From Phoronis australis (taxonomy: Eukaryota; Animalia; Phoronida), in contig NMRA01000355.1 of assembly GCA_002633005.1 (NCBI GenBank), forward strand, positions 270,310 through 334,309: 64,000 nucleotides of DNA, in the 5' to 3' direction. Shown piece by piece: positions 53,940-64,000 of the stretch; position 1 is the first letter of the stretch, and each line of letters begins with the position of its first letter. The notes beneath the pieces were generated by a model. The model worked only from the letters and a program-made list of their open reading frames with translations. It was not told the DNA's origin and made no database searches. The position numbers and the translations under genes are program-made.

Positions 53940-55154
53940 TTAAGGAAGTTTGTGTAAACGAAGGGCAACTACCGAACTATACTAATCTACATACAGGTAA
54001 ATTTGACAACGCTTTGGCAACTTCAGAAGTACGTCATCTTATTTGATATTTTTCTCCAAGCTTTATTTTGTAGTCTCTTATTAACCGTTGCCCGGTTGGA
54101 TTGAGGACGACTGCTGCTACACTCAAATGACAAGTCATTTCACGACACATTGGGTGACTGTTTTGTTTACTAACCGTATTGGCACAGTATGAGGGGCGGT
54201 TTTAGTGACAGAGCTTCGAAATCCAACCAGGCGTTCTTGAAAGGTCGTTTTTCGAATATCCGCCCATGGGCCTATTTTCCGAAATTCCCTGTAGTATCAT
54301 TATGGAGAAACGAAGGCGTGCGCTTACTCAAGTTTCTAATGACATTTTTAAAAAGGGTTTAAAGACATGCTTCTATGGTGATATTCGTTGACTTCCACGG
54401 AATCTTCAATCGCTCATCATACATGCTGTGATCCAGTCTGGTAACTCGGAGCATGCACCTTTATTAGTGAACTCAACCTCTTCAATTTATTGGACTTCAA
54501 AAGGTCGTGGGAAGTCTCACGTTCTGTATAAACGATGCATAATAATTTGACGTCTTACCTGAGGAACCGCTTATAGATGCGTGAAGAAAGGAAGACGAGT
54601 TTTGTAAAGCTTGCTTTTGTGTGTTGTGAGTAAAATCTCCCAGCAATAAGATATTTCGGATAGCCCTTTCTTTCACTGAACGCAAGGATGTCAAATGACT
54701 TAGCCGGAATTGGCGAAGTCGGTGATGTGCAGACAATGAAGTGACGCGTCACAAATGTCACGCACGCGTGACGTGTCATACAGCCACAACACAGCGAGTT
54801 CTCTCCAAATCTTGCCCTCATTTTTTCTAACAGAGTTTGAAGGAACTGCAGGGTTTTTTCTTGAGTTTAAAAACTTGCAGCTAAGATTGAATTTCTTACC
54901 TCTACTCGCCCTGTTGAATACTCACTTCTGACTTCACTGCATAGTGAACGACAAAATGACTATTTTCAAGATTTTTTAAGATTAATAATCCTCTTGGCCA
55001 CTTCTAATTGGTTGATTCTTGGAGCATTTCTCGTAAAAGGAACGCACTTTTAACCTATAACCCCATTCATAATTTGAAATCCAGATTAACGATTGAACTT
55101 TTTCTCGGTTCTTTCGCAGTGCTGACCATAGACATCATTGTAGTGTAGCGGTGG

Positions 55155-55623
55155 TGTTACGTGCAGCGTTGTGTTTTATGTGTTGTGGATGACCGCCGGT
55201 GTCGACCTGACGGATAGATGCTCAATCGTTTTGAAGTTCGAGTATTGAAAAAGCGGGAGTAAAAGGAGATTGGAATTAGATTAAAATACATTCGAATTTA
55301 TTGATGTTGTCGAAAATTACAAACAGTGGTTATGCGAAAGAATTTATCAAAAACCGTTAAGCAACTCTAAAACTTTTAGGAGAAACTACAGGAGACTTAC
55401 AACACGCCATTCATATTGTTAAGAGAAAAGACTGGAGCGGGTTTCAAACCCCGACATCCCGCCAAAACTGCTTGTGCGCGGCTTTTTATACACCAAAAGA
55501 ATGCACGTGAGGGTGATTCCAAGACATTAGTGACGTAATGAAACACTCCTATAAGAAGAGTCAATTAATAAAGTGGCGCGAAACTAACTAAATAATTCAC
55601 AAAGGGAGGGGGCGCCCGTCACA
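55155..55623 (-). mobile_element. 3' LTR of Gypsy element
   Basis: Minus-strand TGTGAC...GTAACA termini, preceded by the purine-rich tract GGTTGGAGAG; TATAAAAAG (~55482-55490) and AATAAA (~55297-55302). Confidence 0.8.
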
Positions 55624-55859
55624 CTCTCCAACCTAAGTTCTACTGTAATGTAAGTTGTTTAACATAGATCAAAATTATACAGTAGTAACAGTGAGCAACT
55701 ACTTCAATTCGTGAGAACAAGATATTCAAAATATTTTAAATGACAAAAATAACATTAGTAATACTTCTTATACAAAGACCTGACCGGTAGGACCATAATA
55801 AAATAGAAATAAAATATCTGTATAGAAAACGACAACAATTAACAATAACAATGTTCAAC

Positions 55860-56280
55860 TCAAACTCCAATGAACGCAACTTGACCCCGTTCCCACTCTA
55901 TAAATTTAACTTCGTCCCCATTAAATTTCTCGAGCACCACATCTTTAAACGGTGCCCTCTACCTATACAACTCTGCCTTCTTGGCTCTCCGCTTGGCCTC
56001 CCAAACTCTCCGCCAGTACTTTCTGTTGGCGACATCTTCCTTCCTGTATGGGGCAGCAGTATGATCGGCCTTCTTCTGGTGGCGTCGCGTGTGGTGGGGT
56101 CGAGGAGATCTAAAACCGCATGGGCACGCGTAAAGTATCGCTGTGCGGCAACACGTTGTTTCATGGCCGATTACCTCCGACACCTTGTCGAACTCCCACT
56201 TACATTCTCTACATCTGTACACCTGGTTTGAACCCTTCCCAACTATCTCCTCAAATTCCCCCGCCTCTGGTTGCAATTCT
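55860..56280 (-). CDS. Accessory tandem zinc-finger ORF of the Gypsy element (one in-frame TAG at 55959-55961)
   Basis: YRCRECKWEFDKVSEVIGHETTC and YACPCGFRSPRPHHTRRHQKKADH, then basic RKYWRRVWEAKRRAKK; acceptor cattgcAG at 56281-56282. Confidence 0.55.
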
Positions 56281-56449
56281 CTGCAATGACACATGTAAGT
56301 TAAATTACGGGGACAGAAATCGAGGAGGTTTCTTAATAATACGACATGTCCGGGATAGATAGACATCCCTGCCCATGCACACTGGGGGGCTCAGTGAGAA
56401 TGCTGTTATCTAGACCGTTCTCGGTTTCACCACCACATTGATGTTGATT

Positions 56450-58860
56450 ATCGGTTTCCTGCTCACAGGGAGGATCATTTAAGTTTACACGTAATTCGCT
56501 AAAAGTCTTATCTGGTTGTCGTCAGTCTTGCGCATCTGAGTTAAACAGGGCTTAAGGTGGTCCACGTGAACCGTAATCAAGGGTCCCGATCTCTCAGCTT
56601 GAATTTTATACAAAAATTCGTTTATCTTTTTAGTAACGAGATAGGGCCCTCTCCAACCCAACCCTAATTTCTGATCTGCAGTAGGTGGATACCAACGAAA
56701 GACCAAATCACCCTCTTTAAACGCTCTGAGTTTAATTTAAGAACCGTAATATGACTTGTCTGGACGCACTTGCTTTTAGTTTGTCACGAGTAAACTCGTG
56801 TGTAAAATGCAATGTGGACTTTAACCAATCTACGTAAATCGTCAAACACGGTACGTCTGTCTCATAATGTCGGGAATCATTGGGGTTTTCCAGCATGACG
56901 TCAATGGGAAGCGACATCTCGTGTCCGTGACCCTGTACTGTCATGCACCGTGGAACGGTACGCCAACATTATGTAAGGCAGGAGATCGTCCCAATCTTGG
57001 TGGTTCTCGTTGACAAACATGACAAGCATTTGCTGGACTGTTCGGTTAAATCTCTTGACCATGTCTGTATGGCGTACTGGTTTTCGAGATTTCGAGCAAG
57101 AATTGAGACATAAGTTCACTCTCAAGTTCTCTTCCTTGATGTTACGTATGAATTTGGGGGTACCAAATCGACAAATAACTTTCTTTAACGAGAGTGTCAG
57201 CAACAGCGTAGGCGGCCGTATGGTCAGAGAGGCTGAAAGTTTCTGTCCACTTGCTGAAGTAGTCGCCAACTACAATAATGTACTTGTTTCCGTTTTCTGT
57301 CTCAGGTAATGGCCCCAAGATATGGATGGCAACTCGTTGTAAGGGAGCACCCACTCTGCTTTGCTCTAGAGGGGCCGTCCACGCCGTGGTCCAGGTTTGC
57401 GGCGTGCGTACATGTCGCATTTGCGACACCACCATGTGACATCACCAAGTAGACCTGGACAATAGTAGCGGGACCTCACAACTTCCAGGGTTCTCTCTCT
57501 TCCGAGATGACCGGCCTTCCTGTTACCGTGTAGGGTTTTCAATATCTCGGAACCTAACGTCTGAGGTACGACCAGCACCCAACGCTCTCCGTTCCCACAA
57601 TCGTCGATCCATCAGCGATATAGTAAACTGTTGCGTATTTCAAGTAAATTCCATTCGCTGAATAGCCTCTTCGCCTGATTGCTATTTTCAGCAATGACAT
57701 CAGGGCTAGGCTTGTTAGGGTATACCCTAAGAAGTCGAACGACGGGGCCAACAGCACAAGTGCTCCTGCACCCTTGCAAGCTCGTCAGGATTCCACCGTT
57801 GGCAACCACACATTCGGATCTGTATCATTTTGACGTGTCGTTCGTCGCTTGTTGGTGGGCCTCAGCGCAGATACCAAGCTGGAGCCGGCACACTGGGTGC
57901 AATCGCCCCGTTGACATCTCCTTCGTGGTTTGCGGGACGGCCCGTCGACGTTTCCATGTAAGGAGCCTTTGCGATGCTCAGTTTCAAAATCATATGCATC
58001 TATAGAGTCGCTATCCAGCGTGCAACAATGTCGGTACGTTCTTTAAACTTTCTAAGCCAGCATAGAGAACTGTGGTCAGTTTTGACAAAGAATTTCCTGC
58101 CCCACAGGTAATGGCGGGAACACTTTACGAAAGTGACAACAGCTAAAAGATCTTTGTATGTGGTGCATTATCTCCCTTGGGTTTGGGATAGGGTGTTACT
58201 GGCATATGCAATTACTTTTTCTTCACCGTCTTACACCCGTGACAGAACGCCTGAGATACCACAGCCAGACGCCAGGGCGTTCTTGAGACTGTCAAACTGA
58301 AGCATAATCACAAGCACTGCTCCACACAAATCTGTGATTTTTACGTGTCAGTGCAGTGAGCGGGGCGGCGATACTAGAAAAGTCGAGGATGAAGCGCCGA
58401 TAGTACGAAGCTAGACCAAGAAAGCTCCTGACGTCTGTGACGTTCGTGGGGCGTGGCCAGCAACGCACAGCTTCATCTTTATCTGGATCGCAAGAGATAC
58501 CGAAAGTCGAGNTTCTTGAGACTGTCAAAAGCATGTTCAAAAGCACTGTCCCACACAAATCTGTGATTTTTACGTGTCAGTGCTGTGAGCAGGGTGGCGA
58601 TACTGAAAAAGTCAAGGATAACGCGCCGATAGTACGAAGCTAGACCGAGAAAGCTCCTGAACCTGTCTGTGACGTTCGTTGGGCGTGGTCAGCAACGCAC
58701 AACTTCAACTTCATTGGATCTCAAGAGACACCGGAAGTCGAGACCTAATGACCAAGGAACTTGATTTTCCGTTGGAAAACACAACATTTGGAATGTTTCA
58801 ATCGGAAGCGGGCTTCAACAATATACTTGATTATGAGAACCTTCATAAGTTCCCGTCTAA
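56450..58860 (-). mobile_element. Ty3/Gypsy pol remnant (RT end, RNase H, integrase, GPY/F), frameshifted
   Basis: WPRPTNVTDVRSFLGLASYYRRFI, LHGNRKAGHLGRERT...CRKC, PLQRVAIHILGPLP..GNKYIIVVGDYFSKW, DWDDLLPYIMLAYRS, WRGPYLV. Confidence 0.95.
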
Positions 58861-60529
58861 CTCCCGACCCCCAAAGCATGCCCACATTTAACAGTAGTGA
58901 GAAAAACAAACTGCACATGACTCTTCTGCTAGTCTTGAGTTACGGCAATAGATGGCGATAAAGTGTAAGTTGTATTTTTTCACTGCGCGATGTCCAAATA
59001 TTCAAACTTAACACTAACAACTGACGTCATGATGATGACACTTGTTTAAATTTTATCTGGACACAAACTTCACAAAATGGTCCCAAAACTTATTTATTCT
59101 TAAGTAGGCCTAATACATGTAGGTATGGGAAAGTGTCGCACCCGGTCGGCACCCCAGTACGGTATCAACTCGATGACATAAAACACCACTGACTTTCTTA
59201 TAAAAAATTCTTGTAAATCAGTATTAAATAGCGACTTGAACCACGTTGCGTTGTGAAAAGTGTAGGGCTTCATTAATATATCATTTAGTTTCTGTTCGCG
59301 GGCGGCTCCACTCAGTGGCTCACTTAGTTTCATCAATATTTGAGAAATGTCAACATCGTATTTTAAGCAAAAACTTACATTTTACCCTCCTTTCTTCAAT
59401 TTCAGAAAATAATTTAACTTCATTGTGTTTATTGCAAGTAACCGGTCATTCTCTCCCGCTGGCTTGTTTGGTTCTTGAGAATACAAATCATCTTGAATGA
59501 CCGCAAACAGGGCCATTCTTGACGTTTTTTCGCCATGTTCACTTCAAATTGATTGCTTCCTCGCAAACAGCTTCTTCTTCTCTTTGGAACAGCACACTAC
59601 AAAATACCGTTTTCCCTAACTTTTTGTACGGCATACATGTAGTTTTCAGTTCTTTTCACACTTCCACCACTCACAGCACACCTCCCGGTGTCCCACTCCG
59701 CCATCTTGCCATTCGCTGCAATGGTTATCGGCCATATTGAATCGGCAAGTCCTAATAAATGCCTTTTACAATGAGTGTGATGCATCAAACTATGGGTTTT
59801 CAGGTATGATAAAATCGATTTTGATGCTATTTTTGTGATTGGAGGTCAAGTTCACGCGAAAAGGTCAAGGTCATATTATGCCGCACATGTTCCATTGGAA
59901 ATATAGTGAGCTCAAATACTTCAGAGCATCTTTACACATAAATTCAGACTAGTTTTGGAGTATTTGAGGGAAAACGCGCGTATGGCAAAATGAATAATCG
60001 ATAAATCTAAGATGGCCGCCAACCGCCATAGTGGAATTGTAAGTGCCTATGTCAATATATTAGGTTCTGTTGCACTAGAACCTCATTTTAAGCACTATTT
60101 TCGTGATTGGATGTCAAGGTTATGTTTAAATGTTGAATTTTGCAAATGTGTGATGACCTGAACACACAAAAACGTCAGTTGCAATGGATTACCAGCAAAC
60201 AAGTTACTTCTATTTCAGTTTCATTTTTATTACACCTTCACGAACATTGTTTGCTACAATCAAATGTTTATTAAAGAGTTATAGCAAGTTAAGCAGAATA
60301 TTTTCCGTAAAAAGGTTTTCTTAGAACATTAAATAAAAGAGAAAGCGTGTCAAATGTGGTTCCTCGTGGAGCGATCTTGCTTTCTGAGTGAAAATGCCAG
60401 AGTCGAGTCTTCTTGATTCATTACTATTATTATGAGATTAGCTTACAGGGTAATGGCATTTCACAAAAGGCAACAACAAAAGCCTCGAGTGTTATAGTAA
60501 CCAACAACTCAATCATTTCTCAATCGCTG

Positions 60530-60790
60530 GCATTCTGACAATGTGACTGTGTCCATACACTTGCACGCATCAGCACACTGGAGTCCAACTTGTCGACAAC
60601 CTAAGCGCACGCTGGAACAAACCAATTGATGCATCTATATGTTATTAGTTCTATGCAGGATTCCGGAATTGGTGCTAGCATCATCAACAAAGGTGTTGTG
60701 TGCTCGCCTACAAATGTCCAACCAGAATGAGCGATGTCTGGGAGTTTCTGAGTGCTCTTGTCTGCCACCAGAATTTTCTAGTTAGGTTAA
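60530..60790 (-). mobile_element. Academ-like transposase C-terminal Cys-rich (CXC) remnant
   Basis: LPDIAHSGW...PLLMMLAPIPESCIELITYRC...CRQVGLQCADACKC. Confidence 0.65.
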
Positions 60791-60929
60791 TCCCTTGATA
60801 TATCATCGTGATGAACACTTCAAAGTGTTCTTGAACCTTTGTGACTCCAAAAGAACAACCATATCTTCAAACACAGCACTGAAAAGGGGGCTATACCCCC
60901 AGCCCCCTATGGTGCGCCGCCTATGTTCA

Positions 60930-61880
60930 CTTGCGCAGACTGTGATTCGTTTTTTCGTCCTTGTATGTTACCTTAATTGCTGACATATACACATAGTGGA
61001 CATCGATTTTCGAAAAGGTATTAACACCAACAGGTTGCGCGGCAAACCAAAGATCAGACTTCGTTGCGTTCCAGTTTGGTATGGATGTAAAATAGTGCAT
61101 CTTCTGTCATCATTTTCGCAGGCCTGTTTCGCTTATATTTTTGTAGGCTTCAATGGGGAAGTTTTACGGATCCTATGGAGTGGCGAAAATCTTCGGACTA
61201 CGGTCTCACTTGACTTTTTCGTGTGTTTTTTTTTGTGGTTCTTTCATTAAACTCCAAGTATTCGCCGGTGTCTAGACGATGTATGTACGATGTCACCCCA
61301 CCTCAACTTTCTGTTTTCATCGCCATCCCGAAAGCTGAACATCGTAGTGTTGTTTAACCAGATTTGATTTAGGAGTTCACGTGGAGTGGGTGATCAGTTC
61401 CCGATCCCTTTCTTCTTTAGGATATTTTCCTCCATGTGGCTTAGCATTTCTGCCTTTCTTGGCAGATTTCCTTTACCAACTTCTTTTAGTTGTTTTCGTT
61501 TCGCTATGAGGGCCAGTTCCCGGGATGAGACAAACTGCCTATCAGCAATTACGGGAGAATTTCTTTTTGTTTTCTTTGATGTGTCTATCGAGCGATCTCT
61601 GAATGCAGGTCAGTGTGTCGGGCTTGTACTCGCTGCCATCCAATTTTCGCACAGTTCGACGTAGAAACTTCCCAGAAGAGAGTCGAACTCCTTTTCTGCT
61701 ATGTCTTCAATCCTAATATCTTTGCTTCTGGTATCCATTGATGGAATGTTGCCACATCACTCTTGTTTTTTTTTTACCGTATTTGCATTCCTATTAGAAA
61801 CAACAAAATCCATAACATCCTCGTCTGTCACAGTTGGGCCATATCTGTTTGTTAATTTTGGTCTCATCCTCGCTAGACTC
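60930..61880 (-). mobile_element. Crypton tyrosine-recombinase (DUF3504 type) pseudogene
   Basis: DGSEYKPDTLTCIQRSLDRH, AKRKQLKEVGKGNLP, IWLNNTTMFSFRDGDENRKLRWGDI, EYLEFNERTTK, WFAAQPVGVNT, GRKTNHSLRK; frameshifts and stops. Confidence 0.85.
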
Positions 61881-62026
61881 GTCAAAGTGTATGTCCAAGT
61901 GTAGGTCTAATGTTGCCATCGCGAAATAAGCAGATAACAGCGATAGATCATTGGGATAGTTGAGCGAGGAACGCTGCTAGCAGACGATTGTGTCAATAAA
62001 AAACTCATACTCCATTTTAGGTCACN

Positions 62027-64000
62027 AATCTCTCGACCATGCTGTCAGACTGTGGTCTGTATGGCGTACTGGGTTTTCGAGGAGCAAGAATTGAGACATA
62101 AGTTCACTCGCAAGTTCTCTACCTTGATGTTATGTATGAATTTGGGGGTACCAAATCGACAAATAACTTCTTTAACCTTTAACGAGAGTGTCAGCAACAG
62201 CATAGGAGGCCTTATGGTCAGATAGACTGAAAGCTTCTGTCCACTTTCTGAAGTAATCGCCAACTACCATGATGTACTTGTTTCCGTTTTCTGTCTCAGG
62301 TAATGGCCCCAAGATATGGATGGCAACTCGTTGGAAGGGAGCACCCACTCTGCTTTGCTCTAGAGGGGCCCGTCCACGCCCCGCTGGTCTAGATTTGCGG
62401 CGTGCGTACATGTCGCATTTGCGACACCACCATGTGACGTCACCAAGTAGACCTGGCCAATAGTAGCGGGACCTCTGACAGCTTCCAGGGTTCTCTCTCT
62501 TCCGGGGTGACCGGCTTTCCTGTTACCGTGTAGGGTATTCAATATCTCGGAACGTAACGTCAGAGGTACGACCAGCACCCATCGCTCTCCGTTCCCACAA
62601 TCGTCGATCCATCAGCGGTATAGTACAGTTGCGTATTTCAAGTAAATTCCATTCGCTGAATAGCCTCTTCGCCTGATTGCTATATACCGATGACATCATG
62701 GCTAGGCTTGTCAGGGTATTCCCTAAGAAGTCGAACGATGGGGCCAACAGCACAGTCTTGTTCCTGCAGCCTTGCAACCACGCATTCGGATCTGTATCAT
62801 TTTGACCTGTCGTTCGTCGCTTGCTGGTGGGCCTCAGCACAGATACCAAGCTGGAGCCGGCACACTGGGTGCAACCGGCGCCCCGTTGACATCTCCTTCA
62901 TGGTTTGCGGGACACGGCAGCCCGTCGGCGTATCCATGTAGGGAGCCTTTGCGATGCTCAGTTTCAAAATCATATGCATCTAGAGTGGCTATCCAGCGTG
63001 CTACAATGTCGGTAGGCTCTTTAAAGTTTCTAAGCCAGCATAGAGAACTGTAGTCAGTTTTGACAAGGAATTTCCTGCCCCCTGCGGAAACACTTTACGA
63101 AAGTGACAACAGCTAAAAGATCTTTGTATGTGGTGCATTATCTCCCTTGGGTTTGGGATAGGGTCATACAATTACTTTTTCTTCACCATCTTGCACCCGT
63201 GACAGAACGCGTCAGTATCGAGAACAAACTGACCGCTACAATTGAAGACGGTCAAAACTGGTTGTTCTGCAAGGGCATTCTTGAGACTGTCAAAAGCATG
63301 TTCAAAAGCACTGTCCCACACAAATCTGTGATTTTTACGTGTCAGTGCTGTGAGCAGGGTGGCGATACTGAAAAAGTCAAGGATAACGCGCCGATAGTAC
63401 GAAGCTAGACCGAGAAAGCTCCTGAACCTGTCTGTGACGTTCGTTGGGCGTGGTCAGCAACGCACAACTTCAACTTCATTGGATCTCAAGAGACACCGGA
63501 AGTCGAGACCTAATGACCAAGGAACTTGATTTTCCGTTGGAAAACACAACATTTGGAATGTTTCAATCGGAAGCGGGCTTCAACAATATACTTGATTATG
63601 AGAACCTTCATAAGTTCCCGTCTAACTCCCGACCCCCAAAGCATGCCCACATTTAACAGTAGTGAGAAAAACAAACTGCACATGACTCTTCTGCTAGTCT
63701 TGAGTTACGGCAATAGATGGCGATAAAGTGTAAGTTGTATTTTTTCACTGCGCGATGTCCAAATATTCAAACTTAACACTAACAACTGACGTCATGATGA
63801 TGACACTTGTTTAAATTTTATCTGGACACAAACTTCACAAAATGGTCCCAAAACTTATTTATTCTTAAGTAGGCCTAATACATGTAGGTATGGGAAAGTG
63901 TCGCACCCGGTCGGCACCCCAGTACGGTATCAACTCGATGACATAAAACACCACTGACTTTCTTATAAAAAATTCTTGTAAATCAGTATTAAATAGCGAC
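62027..64000 (-). mobile_element. Second copy of the Gypsy pol remnant plus flank (probable redundant haplotig)
   Basis: 62027-63277 is a diverged match to ~57049-58280; 63278-64000 appears identical to 58513-59235. Confidence 0.85.

Noticed and set aside
55851-56231. 126-aa plus-strand ORF antisense to the zinc-finger ORF
   Set aside because: Shadow of the minus-strand coding frame.

Overview
AT-rich, intron-containing genomic DNA from an invertebrate animal. It is not prokaryotic, and almost all ORFs in the supplied track are spurious. I reconstructed two spliced genes by hand from GT-AG sites and phase matching. One is a 7-exon centromere protein H (CENP-H) gene on the minus strand (31099->23893, 262 aa). 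The other, about 3 kb away and head-to-head, is a 7-exon gene for an uncharacterised 386-aa multi-pass membrane protein (34154->42010). The rest is mostly transposon-derived: a 5'-truncated Penelope-like insertion with a minimal hammerhead ribozyme, a solo LTR in a CENP-H intron, many MITEs with 5-, 6- or 8-bp or TTAA target duplications, and a 66/67-bp satellite with higher-order structure. From 48 to 64 kb there is a nested TE cluster: an intron-containing Harbinger transposase, Gypsy pol remnants, an Academ-like CXC domain and a Crypton tyrosine recombinase. One Gypsy element carries an extra, apparently spliced zinc-finger ORF between integrase and its 3' LTR. Single-N junctions and an exact duplication suggest haplotype or assembly redundancy at 57-64 kb. 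Family assignments come from motif recall, not database searches.
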